A stretch of DNA of 64,000 nt, from NCBI RefSeq assembly GCF_006345805.1, contig NC_042999.1:155744001-155808000 (forward strand), given 5' to 3'. The notes under the pieces are model-generated. The model worked only from the letters and a program-made list of their open reading frames with translations. It was not told the origin of the DNA and did no database searches. A program made the position numbers and the translations under genes. This document shows positions 25,980 through 38,399 of the stretch, in pieces; positions within the stretch are counted from its first letter, which is position 1; each line of letters starts with the position of its first letter. Source of the DNA: Octopus sinensis (Eukaryota).

Positions 25980-26631
25980 GCCATTCAGAAAAAATACACT
26001 GGCTGGCTAATTGAATTTTACCTGAACCAAGCCATTCAGAAAAAATACACTGGCTGGCTATTGAATTTTACCTGAACCAAGCCATTCAGAAAAAACACTG
26101 GCTGGCTAATTGAATTTTACCTGAACCAAGCCATTCAGAAAAAAACACTGGCTGGCTAATTGAATTTTACCTGAACCAGCCATTCAGAAAAATACACTGG
26201 CTGGCTAATGAATTTTACCTGAACCAAGCCATTCAGAAAAAATACACTGGCTGGCTAATTGAATTTTACCTGAACCAAGCCATTCAGAAAAAATACACTG
26301 GCTGGCTAATTGAATTTTACCTGAACCAAGCCATTCAGAAAAAATACACTGGCTGGCTAATTGAATTTTACCTGAACCAAGCCATTCAGAAAAAATACAC
26401 TGGCTGGCTAATTGAATTTTACCTGAACCAAGCCATTCAAAAAAATACACTGGCTGCTAATTGAATTTTACCTGAACCAAGCCATTCAGAAAAATACACT
26501 GGCTGGCTAATTGAATTTTACCTGAACCAGCCATTCAGAAAAAATACACTGGCTGGCTAATTGAATTTTACCTGAACCAAGCCATTCAGAAAAAATACAC
26601 TGGCTGGCTAATTGAATTTTACCTGAACCAA
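25980..26631. repeat. 51-bp minisatellite, 13 near-identical copies
   Basis: Unit GCCATTCAGAAAAAATACACTGGCTGGCTAATTGAATTTTACCTGAACCAA; differences are mostly single-base indels in homopolymers. Confidence 0.95.
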
Positions 26632-27421
26632 GCGATTCATGGAAAATGCCAAACATATTTCAGCCTTTTTGGGTCTTGTCAATGCTATGTAAGACTTAGA
26701 TGGGGGTTCATCCCCTCAACACCCAGTCCACTCTGTAAAGTGGTTGGTGTTAGGAAGGGCATCTAGCTATAGAAACCATGTCAAAACAAACAAATGGAGC
26801 CAGGTGCAGATTACTTGTTCAAAGTCAATGCCTTTATTGCAATTAATTTTTAAAATAATGAATTTAGTACAACAAATTTTTCCTTATCAAGTTAAAGTTA
26901 GGAATATAAATTAACACAAAATATTGATCCCTTTAAAACAAGAAGCTTGTACTACAGAACCAGGGCGAGAAGAGAGTCACAGTCAATTTGATGTGAAAAG
27001 GGTTAATAATGTCTACTTCTGGTAGCTAATCTGTTTCCAAAACATGTGACCAGATTGCAGATTTATTAAATTAACAACCAGCTGTTGAATACCGGAGGTT
27101 GAATAAACAGTTTACAAGCTAATGAGATTCTCAAATCAATTATTGAATCTAATGGTCAATTTCAGACTAAACTAATGCATATTCAGAAATTACATACACT
27201 CAACTGTCCTACATACAAGGCTTGGCAATATTCAGGTGATTTTTTTCCCTGAAATTTAGGTTAATCATCAGTATGCAGAACAGAGTCAAGTCAAAAATCT
27301 GGTTGTTGTTAAACAGATTTTTGTTGTAGGGAAGAGAGAACAAATATTCCTGCAAGGCCAGAACTAGAATTAATAATTCATATTAAATCCTATGAAATCA
27401 ACACCTGACAGTGAAGCTAGC

Positions 27422-28152
27422 TTAACCCTTTCATTTCTGTATTTCTGTGGAGATGCTCTGTTTCTTTGAATTACTTTAAATATAACAAAGAATATAGTAA
27501 AATAACTTAGTTATCATTAAGCTAGTGTTAGGAACATAAATTGTAACTAAGGTTTGGAGGAAGATTTTAATTCAATACTTATGAAAACAAGACATTTGTA
27601 CTACAGAGCCAGAGGTGGTTTCTGCCAGGTTGGTATCAAAAGGGTTTAGAATTGTTTTGCTATTATATATTTTAACCCTTTTGTTACCATATTTCTGTTG
27701 AGATGCTCTGTGTTTCTTTCAATTACTTTAAATATAACAAAGAATTTAGTAAAATAACTTAGTTATCATTAAGCTAGTGCTAGGAACATAAATTGTGACT
27801 AAGGTTTGGTGGAAGATTTTAATTCAAAACTTATGAAAACAAGACATTTGTACTACAGAGCCAGAGGTGGTTTCTGCCAGGTTGGTATCAAAAGGGTTTA
27901 GAATTGTTTTGCTATTATATATTTTAACCCTTTTGTTACCATATTTCTGTTGAGATGCTCTGTGTTTCTTTCAATTACTTTAAATATAACAAAGAATTTA
28001 GTAAAATAACTTAGTTATCATTAAGTTAGTGCTAGGAACATAAATTGTGACTAAGGTTTGGTGGAAGATTTTAATCCAAAACTTATGAAAACAAGACATT
28101 TGTACTACTGAACCAGAGCCGGTTTCAGTTGGGTTGGTATCAAAAGGGTTAA
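27422..28152 (+). mobile_element. Head-to-tail trimer of a ~225-bp TTAA-CCCTTT MITE (piggyBac-like), period 250-252 bp
   Basis: Units start at TTAA 27422, 27672 and 27924, joined by the spacer agaattgttttgctattatatatt; ends AAAGGG-TTAA at 28152. Confidence 0.85.
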
Positions 28153-28508
28153 GAGCAAGGATTGAATATTAAGTTTTTCTACCTGAGCAAGGGATGGACA
28201 AATCTGCATATATTAAAAGATTACACAGAAAAAAAAAAAAAAACACATACACACACAAAGAAAACTAAACAGAAGTAGGTCGTAATTTCATTGTGCAATT
28301 CTGCCAAGGTTAACTTTGCATCTCATCCGTTCTGGATGGATAAAAACCAGTACCAGTTAAACACTGGGGTCAATGTAATCAACTTACATTGGGAAGGGTG
28401 GGGGTGGGGGAGAAGACTGGAATGAATGTCTATTTGCCAATTGGTTGTATGGGGTCTTTTCTTGATGCAGTCTAGGTTGACTGTATGAGGACTGTCTTGA
28501 TAGCTTAC

Positions 28509-28660
28509 CTTGAGATTTCCTCTTTGAGTGTGCCTTTAATGTAGTAGGTTTTCTCAGGAATCACTACAGCCAATGAGAGTTGATGTCCAGTATGATTTTC
28601 AGCATCATAGACATCAACACATTTGTTCATATCAATTTCTCCTTGTGGCACTGTGTCCGG
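28509..28660 (-). CDS. MPRIP: Coding exon of the MPRIP/outspread-like gene, PH domain core (PDTVPQGEIDMNKCVDVYDAENHTGHQLSLAVVIPEKTYYIKGTLKEEIS-R)
   Basis: Acceptor ttttcctcaaaatag| and donor CAAG|gtaagc; 152 nt, phase 0 in and phase 2 out. In frame with the 39915-39980 exon. Resembles MPRIP PTTLPQGTINMNQCTDVVDGEGRTGQKFSLCILTPEKEHFIRAETKE (from memory). Confidence 0.92.
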
Positions 28661-28790
28661 CTATTTTGAGGAAAAAAGAAAAAAAAAAAAAACTTAATCA
28701 TAAACATGTACAAAACATCTAACAATACAATAAATACAATATATAAATATAACAATACATAAATCAATTTAACATCCATTTTTCCATGCT

Positions 28791-29346
28791 GGCAATACCC
28801 CGAAACACGTCTGTAGCTGCCAGTCAAGTAGTGTGGAGCGACTGACCTCCCTTGTTCGAAGGTTATATGGATACAGTTTGTGTATCAAATAGCTAACTTA
28901 AGGCGATGGCCTCATGGAGCTAATAAGCGGACAGCTTTTTTCTTATTTTTATAAGAATGCCATATTAGTATGGCGATAACTATTATTTTCCGGAACGCTG
29001 CCGCTGTTCTCTTTTAGAGAGACTTAGTTATTTAATATTTCTATTATTGAAAACAAGTGGATGTATTCCACCGAAACTAGGTAAATAAAACCATCGAACA
29101 GAGATTGTCGGAAGCGACACCTACTGGCTGGCTACGCTGCATTGAAAAGGGGCAATACCCCGAAACGCGTCTGTAGCTGCCGGTCAAGTAGTGTGGAGCA
29201 ACTGACCTCCCTTGTTCGAAGGTTATATGGATACAGTTTGTGTATCAAATAGCTAACTTAAGGCGATGGCCTCATGGAGCTAATAAGCGGACAGCTTTTT
29301 TCTTATTTTTATAAGAATGCCATATTAGTATGGCGATAACTATTAT
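28791..29346 (+). mobile_element. 360-bp monomer in partial tandem (about 1.5 units) carrying a hammerhead: non-LTR retrozyme or Penelope pseudo-LTR candidate
   Basis: 28791-28986 is repeated at 29151-29346 (period exactly 360 bp, 3 mismatches in 196 bp). Contains several perfect hairpins. Inserted into an RTE-tail repeat. Confidence 0.7.
29136..29177 (+). ncRNA. Type I minimal hammerhead ribozyme motif with U3-A8 core variant
   Basis: gctgca-TTGAAAA-gggg(caata)cccc-GAAA-cgc-GTC^-tgtagc. Stem I gctgca/tgtagc has 6 bp with one G-U, stem II has 4 bp, stem III region is the palindrome ACGCGT, and the GUC cleavage triplet is at 29169-29171. Confidence 0.75.
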
Positions 29347-29756
29347 ATATATATATTATATATATACACATATATATATATAAATATACACACATACATA
29401 CATACATATATATGACAGGCTTCTTTCAGTTTCCATCTACCAAATCCACTCACAAGGCTTTGATCGGCCTGACGGTATAGTAGAAGACACTTGCCCAAGG
29501 TGCCATGGAGTGGGACGGTTTTCAAACAACTCTGATCATGAATAAATCGTGCTTTATCTCCTGTCTTCCTCATATTCAAATTCGGTTTATGAATGAATGC
29601 CTCTGATCACGAATAAACCATGCTTTATATATATCTATATATATATAAAGCATGCTTTATTTGCAATCAGGGTTGTTCAAAAACTAAGGTACTATTGTGT
29701 ATGTATGTATGTGTGTGTGTTGTGTGTGTGTCTGTGTCTGTGTGTGTGTGTGTGTG

Positions 29757-29789
<33 letters not shown>

Positions 29790-30639
29790 CAAATATATAC
29801 CCACTCGTATACGAGCTAATCTTATTATAAATATATATATATATTATATATATATATATACAAATATATACCCACTCGTATACGAGCTAATCTTATTATA
29901 ATATATATATATATATAATATATATATATATATGTGCCTGTATCACATTCAATCTGCAGTCAACTCTGATTTGGGTTTTAATCTGATAGCAATAGACAGA
30001 AAAATATGCTAATGTATTCCAAAATGTTGCCATGTACAGGGATAGGGGTGGTGGAGAGAGAGAGAGAGAGAGAGTGAATGAGATGGGGAGGGAGAGAAGA
30101 AAGGACAGAAAGGGAGAGAGGAGGGAAACAGAGAGAGGGACAAAGAGGAGAGAGAGAGGTTGATTGACAAGTAGCAAGTAATGGCCAGAGTAGAATACAT
30201 TACAAAAATAAATAAATAAGTAACTTTAAGATAACAAAGCATATGTTTTGGATTAGAGCCAAGTCCCAAAGGTAATAAAACGATAGAAATAAGTAAACTA
30301 CATATTATTTACAATTTTGTAAACTAATCAATAAGACCTTTTTTTTTAACTCCCGACCCCAACAAGCAATGGCAAGACATTCCTACCTCCCAACATTCTG
30401 AACTTTATATTAAATATCTTACAAGATGCCTGGTATTAGAGTTGATATCTTCTCATATAGGAACAATTGTTCTTCAAACCAAGATTTAATATAACCAGGA
30501 TTTTTTTTTTTTTTTAATTCATTCCAATCTGAAAATATCTGCAGATGGAACTAATGTGTTTATGCCTGTCGATCCTTTTGGTGAATGGGAACCCAAAGAG
30601 CCCTATGTGTGATTTCAGTTTGTGTAGTCTATTGTGGTT

Positions 30640-31510
30640 CAGTGGTTCTCAGCTGGGGTCCAGTGTGACCCTTTGGGGGGTCCATATCAGATTTTATTAA
30701 GTGTTTTGCAAATAATTTTACATGCAAGTGCTACCAGTCAAGACCTCAGTATACTGGAAGCCAGCAAGTGTATGGGGTCATCAGGAGAGAATGCGTGCTG
30801 TTTCGGGGGCCTACCTCTCAACAGGATCAATGCACACCAGCCCCCCCTCATTGATATGAGGCCCCGCTTGCTAGATCAACTGGTTGTCAAATAAAGCTCA
30901 ATATTCTTCTAGCCATCGCTCATCATTTCTTTTTAATCAAATCTAGTGGCTAGCTTTTTCCACTGTAGTTTGGATATCAGTCATGGTGGTATTTACTTTA
31001 CGATGAGTTAGGCTTAACGATAACAACAATTGTCTCACACTGTGTCCAAGAAACCCTCTACATCCGACTTTGATTGGAAAATGCTCCACTTTCCAACCTG
31101 CCTTTTCACATTCCTCGAGGAGGTTTACATAACAGTCAGTCTTTCGAGCCCAAGTGGCATCCATGTTATCTTCATGAGAAATCATTAACTCGACTAGATT
31201 CACAACTTTCTTTCTTTCACACCACATTAAAATGTCCAGTTTTTTCATAACTGGGATGAGAAAGAGTTCCTGGCATCCTGGTAAATCTGCAATCACCTCC
31301 CAATAACCATTCCACTTTTCATCACTCACAAGAGCAATAATTTGATTACACTTCTGCAACATGCAAAATATTTTAATGCTTTCATACGATCCCTAAAAAT
31401 ATTAAATCGCAAAAATTGGATTTTTTAAACATCAAATGACTATAGGGGTCCAGAAGAGGAAAATAGGGACCAAAGAGACTCCTAGGCAGAAAAGTGGTTG
31501 ACAACAACTG
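30640..31510. mobile_element. hAT (Charlie-like) non-autonomous element hosting the Hero insertion
   Basis: TIRs CAGTGGTTCTCAGC and rc CAGTTGTTGTCAACC; degenerate 8-bp TSD ttgtggtt/ttgtagat. Confidence 0.65.
30728..31358 (-). mobile_element. Hero-like (R2-superfamily, restriction-like endonuclease) non-LTR 3' fragment
   Basis: ORF 30943-31362: LDILMWCERKKVVNLVELMISHEDNMDATWARKTDCYVNLLEECEKAGWKVEHFPIKVGCRGF...EKASH resembles the Hero REL domain (PDIV.WS...V.LLELTVPWE...RK..KY..L..EC...GW....PIEVGCRGF). Flanked by ACATGCAA direct repeats (30720-30727, 31359-31366). Confidence 0.8.
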
Positions 31511-31884
31511 TTGTAGATAATAGAAAGAAAGGTGGACGGCAAGAAAATTCACCACAGTCATCATACAGTATTTATAATATTTGTAATATTTTATATTTCC
31601 AGACTTAAAAGAGATTTACTTTTTATATACATTTTTGACCGCCTTGCTTGCCTGCAAAGGATGTTTTTTTTTTTTTTTTTGCCTTTATAATTACTGACCT
31701 ATTTATTTTTTATTTTCTGACTGCCTACCAACTTGCCCAAATCAGCCAAGCTGCCAAAGGGCTTAATCCAATTTTTTAATGCAATTTCTGATAAAAAAAA
31801 AAAAAAGCTTTGTAATCTTTACTTGTTGTAATCAATAAAAAATATTCGATGTAAACTGGATTAATAAATTTATTTATTTATTAT

Positions 31885-32111
31885 TTAACCCTTTCATTAC
31901 TAACCTGGCTGAAACTGGCTCTGTCTCTGAGTACAAATGTCTTGTTTTCATAAGTTTTGAAGTAAAATCTTCCACCAAACCTTAGTCACAATTTATGTTC
32001 CTAACACTAGCTTAATGATAACTAAGTTATTTTACTAAATTCTTTGTTATATTTAAAGTAATTGAAAGAAACACAGAGCATTCAAAAGAAATACAGTAAC
32101 GAAAGGGTTAA
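31885..32111 (-). mobile_element. Monomer of the TTAA MITE with intact ends
   Basis: TTAA-CCCTTTC...GAAAGGG-TTAA; internal sequence matches the trimer units. Confidence 0.85.
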
Positions 32112-35100
32112 AGTCTATATTTTGTGCTGGCTTTGGTTGAACAGTTTGACAGAATTCAAAGAGCCAGAGGGCTGCATCAGGCTCCAATATCTGCCCTGCC
32201 ATGGTTTCTATGGCTGCATGCCCTGTCTATTGCCAACCACTTTACAGAGTATAGTGAGTGCCTTTTATGTAGTGCCAGCACAGGTGCTTTCTATGTGGCA
32301 CCAACACAGGTGCCTTTTATGTAGTGCCAGCACAGGTGCTTTCTATGTGGCACCAACACAGGTGCCTTTTACGTAGCGCTTGTACTCAAACATACAAAGA
32401 ATTCTAATAGTTATGTACCACTGGTAGGTTAACCATGACACAAAACTGAGGGGATTATAGAAAACAATATGTCAGTAGCAGTTACCACTCAGTTAACGAA
32501 CTTCAAATTTGCATTGAAAATGTATGAAACAAACACTTCTATATCAATTGTAGGCACTGGCATGACTGCGTGATTAAGTCTGCTTCACAACTAAATGGTG
32601 TATGACATCTTGACATCACCTGGAAGCTGTAAACAAGTATTACCTATTTCTTTAATACCCACAAAGAGCTAAACACAGAGAGGACAAACGGATTAAGTTG
32701 ATTATATTGACCCCAGTGCATAACTGGTACTTATTTAATCGACCCCAAAAGGATGAAAGGCAAAGTCAACCTTGGCAGAATTTGAACTCAGAACATAACA
32801 GCAGATGAAATACGGCTACGCAATTCACCCGGCGTGCTAACGTTTCTGCCAGCTCACCGCCTAATGAGGAAATATCACCTTGATTGAAAACAAAGGGTTG
32901 GTAACAGGAAGGGCATCCAACTGAAGAAAATCTGCCTTAATGAATTCTGTGTGACCCACAAGAGAAGCATGGAAAACTGGATGTTAAACTGATAACCACA
33001 ACAATGATGGCTTCAATATCATTCATATGGATTAACAAAGCTCATGTGATACCTTCAGACAGGTATTACTTTAATAGGGATTATCCAGCAGCCAACTACA
33101 GAATCTAAGAATTACATATACAAATCCAGCACCAATATGTACCAAAGTTTCAAAATGTGCAATGCACACACGCACACACACACTGGCTGTGAATCATTTT
33201 CACAAGATAGCTATCTTCACATATTTTTCCATGCAACACATGAGTTTACAAAACTGTACCATTGTCCCTGTATTAGGTTTGAACCTAAGAAGAGCCGTTA
33301 TACATGTCTGCCAGTTTACCTCATTAAAAATGGGTAACATTCTTATTTCACAGTTAAGTGTAGGAGGTAGGAAAAGCAGTCAGTTGTGAAATAATGTGCT
33401 CTGATATCAGGTAAATGTTTTCAAAAACTCATTCTACTGAAACTGGTATGTGAAACTAAACACAAAACATGCACACACACACACACACACACCTTCCACT
33501 TGTTTCAGTCACAAAACTGCAACCATGCTGGGGCACCTTCTAGAAGAATCTTTGTCAAACAAATATGCCCTAGTACTATTTTTTTTAAAGCCTGGTACTT
33601 ATTTTATCGTTAACTTACGCTGAACTTTTAAGTTATGGGGACATAAATACACCAACACCGGTTATTTAAGCAGTGTTGGGAGACAGACACAAAGACACAC
33701 ACACAGTGAGGGATTATCAGTCTGGGTAAAATACTATATAAGTTCTTTGTTAGTAGACCAGGCTAGCAATATTGTTTAAATTAGTAAAGCACTGTGTAGT
33801 TTTGTGGTAAGGTCTGAGGTTATAGTTCAACAGCATTCCATATTCCAAATCCATGGTTATGCCCCAGTTGTGCTGATTTTTATAGATATGTAAGACAATG
33901 TATAAATAATAGTCATTATAGATTTTTCCTTTATTAGAGTAAATTTGACTCACAGCTGCTTTTTATAATCACCATTATTTCTAGCTTGTCTTTTATATTT
34001 CTACTAGACTACCCATGACCTGTTGGGTCACTGGCAATTTAGATTATAAAACATTGAAGCTGATTTCAATATTGCATTGAAATGAAAGTTAATTTTATGA
34101 TTCAGTTTTTATTTCAATTCGTTCATGTCATCATAGGTCAGATTTACAAGTTCATGTTTATGGTTTTATTGATTATTTACAGCATCTAATAGAAATAGAA
34201 CTTGCAGGATAAACTTGAACTCCAATAACAACATTTATTTATGGTACATTTGCACACTTCTACAAAAATGCAAAAGGAATTGTTATACAATGTAAACATA
34301 GAATTAACGGAAACAATTTTCAGAGTATTATATATTTCCATTATGCAATGTTTTGGCTATTTATGAAGAAGGTACCCCGAAAACACCGCATATCTCAGGA
34401 ATCCATGGTCTGATTTATGCAGAACTTGTTTTATTCCATTTGTATTCACATTTCAGGGGTACCTTACTTTAAGAGTATTTTCCTATTATGCACTGGTTTG
34501 GCTGTATTAAATTACAGACAAACATGCATGCAAGCAAGCAATTACAGAGTTTTAGTATTATATACATACATACATACACATATATATATTGTAGGAAAAC
34601 AGAAAATGTTTCTAGTATTATTTATTTTCCATTACCTGTGCTTCATTTTCTAACAGGAGTCACAAAAATATACATGTTGTATAGACATGTAAAAGCTTGC
34701 TTATTAGAGAAATTGTCAAACAGAACAATTTATAATGAAATACATGTAAAAGAGAATAATTGATACCAAAAAAATTCCATTTTCCTATTTTATTTATTCA
34801 ACAATTCTGCAAATAACATTTCCACAATCTTCAAATTTAATGTGCATTTTGATTTACATGCGGCAGCAACCATAGGTACTTATTGATTGTAATAATGGTA
34901 TAAGCAGATGCACTTCAAGAGGAAACAGCTGCGATTTACCCTAAACATCTGTATCATATATATATAGTTGAAATTTACTGAAAAATAAAAGACAAAGACT
35001 GGTGTTTAAACAAGCAGGTATATTAGTTTGACACTTGGGAAGGTGAGAAAGTCTTTTAAGTTTCGAGCCTACGATCTTCAACAGAAAGGAACATGAGGAA

Positions 35101-35124
35101 ATAAACAGAGTGTAGGTATGTATG

Positions 35125-35173
<49 letters not shown>

Positions 35174-35333
35174 TCATCATCATTTAGCGTCCGTTTTCCA
35201 TGCTAGCATGGGTTGGACGGTTCAACTGGGGTCTGGGAAGCTGGAAGGCTTCATCAGGCCCAGTCAGATCTGGCAGTGTTTCTACGGCTGGATGCCCTTC
35301 CTAACGCCAACCACTCCGTGAGTGTAGTGGGTG

Positions 35334-35392
<59 letters not shown>

Positions 35393-35680
35393 AGAGAGAG
35401 AGAGAGAGAGAGAAAGAGGCTTCTTTTAGTTTCTATCTACCAAATCCACTTACAAGGCTTTGGTCAGCCTTGGGCTATAGTAGAAGACATTTGTTCAAGG
35501 TGCCACACAGTGGGACTGAACCTGGAATCATGTGGAGGCAGAGTCAGACAAAGGCTAGCAAGCCAAAACTTCAAAGTCAGTCACACCTCTTGTAATAGCT
35601 TAATAAGCATATCTTCTACTAAAAAGTATTCTGTAGTTCACTCTTAAACTATTTTTATATGTAACTTGACATAAAAACAA

Positions 35681-35719
<39 letters not shown>

Positions 35720-37428
35720 TGCACAGTTTGCCTTCTCAGGTGCTGCCTACTGTGTATTATCAGTTATGATCTTTATACCACATCAGCAACAAGAATATGC
35801 ATGAGCTTTCATTACAGGTTTTAGCCTCATAAAAGTTACATAACTCAGAGCTTCTTGTTGTCTCTGTAATAAAACAGTGTGAGCTTAATTTGACAAGAAC
35901 AACAAACAGACAGACAGACAGGTTGCAAGTTTAGTGAAGGACATCAAGATTGAATTATTGACCAAAGAGAACGACATTTATAACCTTTCACTGAAAACAT
36001 TGTTGATCGTTAAACTAGGTTCGGAGCAGCACAACATTTAGCTGAACAATTGAAAACAACTGTCATCAATGAATAAATAAGGTGAACGTAAAATGAAAAA
36101 AAAAAAATAAAACAAAATCCATATAGACATTCCCACTGAGAATATAAATAAACATTTTCTTTGGTGAACTAACAACTCAATTTTCATAAATTACCATGTA
36201 AACTTCGATATCATGCTACAACGTAAAAATAGTTTTGATGACAATAATTGATGAAAAGAAAAAAAAATAATAACCTCCCCCCCCCCAACAAACAAACTGT
36301 CTCTTCTATTTTGTTGAGTTATTTTTCTGCTGCTCATGTCTCTAGGCTATAAGTTAGCAGATTATATGGCACTTGCCCAACTATTTTTAATGCTTTATAC
36401 AGAGTTTGAAGAATGTCACAGCAGCACTCTGTGTTTTAAAAATAAGACTGCATCAAAGGAAGGAGACCAACTACTTTCTATGAAGAGAAAAGCAAGGAGC
36501 AAGTTGGGAGGTATTAGGATCTCTTTAACTTCCAGCAGACCTCAATGGTTTTCACACTATAAATATAAATTTTTCTGTAATTGACCTATGTTTTACTTTG
36601 TTTTTGGTGTACACCCTCGCCTCAATCCAGGTTTTGGATCTGGCCTGGATATTAAAAAGGTTGAGAACCATTATTTTAGGGTCTGTTTAAGTTGAGAGGT
36701 CTTAGAGTCTGTTTAAGTTTCTGTAGAATCAAATTAAATTGGCATTATTGATAAGGCCTTCAGCCTTTAGAATGAAATATTTTTGTTCTTTTCAAGTTAA
36801 AGCTCAAATTTTTCAGATGTAGAGGCAGTGAAAAATAAAACCCTTAATCACTAAGAAAGCAGCAGTTTATGAGGTATTATCAGAAACAAGGGAGCTAACT
36901 ACCAAAGTGACAATCTCTCTAGTAAAGAAAGAGGAAGAAACAGAGTATCACAAAATTCCATTTGTTAACATGGATTTTATTGTTCAGTACAATCAACATA
37001 AAAGTGTGTATAGTGATATTAATAATGTATAATACATGGTATAAAGTGTGTATGTGTGTATAATGGATGACATGGGTTGAACAATTCAACAGGATCTGAT
37101 AGGCCGTATAACTGCAGCATTGTTCTCCAGTGTTGGCCTTGGCATGATTTCTAGGGTTAGATGCCTTTACTAACATCAACCAGTTTGTAGAATGTGCTGA
37201 GTGCTTTTTCCATGGGAATAGAGAGATCACCAACTAGAGAGACAAGATCCCTACACTGAAAGGTGGGAGGGCTTGTATTGAGGGAGGTGGCTTTATGCAA
37301 GGTGATGTGAGGGTAAAGTGGGACAGAAACAGGTGTCTTACAAAGAGACACTCTTTTCTGCTCTAAACTAATACTCAGCTAAGATTTTCAGTGAAAATAG
37401 AAAATTCTAGAAAGAGTTTTATCAGACA

Positions 37429-37794
37429 CTAGCACTATGACCTGGCAACACCGGGTCATAGTGCTAGTGCATGCATATACAGCTGCGTGCATGCGCACAT
37501 ACACACGAGTACTGTCCAAATCTCCGACCAATGACACACAGCTAGTTGGCATTTAATTGGCGTATCAAGTTTCGGGCATTTTGATTGGGTTTTGGATAGA
37601 AAATTCACAAAAAAGTCACTTCTATTGATTTTTTAATGGCTTTGCGGGGTGACTGGGGAAATGTAAAGATGTGCACCACCACCCTTGGACAGTTTTGAAT
37701 GACCATAGAAAGTACGAGTCCTCTAACTGAAAAATTGTGGATTTGTATAAAGGACACACACACAGACATTTTGCCGTTTATATATATATAGAGA
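37429..37794 (-). mobile_element. Non-autonomous Helitron
   Basis: Minus strand A|TCTCTATATATATATAAACGGC...hairpin gacccggtgttgccaggtc...CTAG|T: 5' TC, 3' CTAG, A/T insertion site, no TSD. Confidence 0.8.
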
Positions 37795-38399
37795 TTCATT
37801 TTTATTGGCAATAACACTGTTGTTTGACAATGACAACAATGGAGATACATGTGTGATTGTTAAAAATCTGAAGTTAAATCATAAAACACAAAAATCACAG
37901 TCGGTTTCCTGGCAGAAACAAGAGCGAAAGAGTATCATGTTTATTAGAAGCAGCAATGAAACCACTGTTTGTCCACAGAAGCACATTTGTGCTGTACAGG
38001 TGAGTGAGTTTAAACAGTCATTCATACTCACACTTACCGATTTCATTGACTGTTTTGAACATAAAAATGTCAAATGTCACGATGAAGGAGAAATGTGTCT
38101 GAAAACATGGTAGGTGACAAATATGCTTCAAAAATTTATAAAGGCCAACATTTATGTCTGACTGTTAACAACAGGGCTGTGAAAGAGTGAACTGTGTATA
38201 AAAGCGCTTATCAATATTATTATTATTATTAGAGCTGATCTGATTCATATGTAATATTAAAAGAACAGGAAATGAAATATATTAAGAAGTTCAGGTTAAC
38301 TAAGCATAAACCAGGTCAGCCAACCAAGTGACAATCCAACTCATGACCATATAATGCAATGCATAACCCTCCCCCTTCCTAGACCACATGAGAAGTCAG

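Noticed and set aside
25980-26631. CRISPR-like array
   Set aside because: Units are contiguous with no unique spacers, and the context is a eukaryotic intron; it is a minisatellite.
28807-29200. All three differences between the 196-bp repeats are A/G, suggesting ADAR editing of the retroposed template
   Set aside because: All three are CpG/CpA pairs, which methyl-CpG deamination explains equally well or better; three sites cannot discriminate.
29790-29905. 71-bp duplication containing the palindrome CTCGTATACGAG
   Set aside because: Embedded in a TA microsatellite; most simply a slippage duplication with no further supporting structure.
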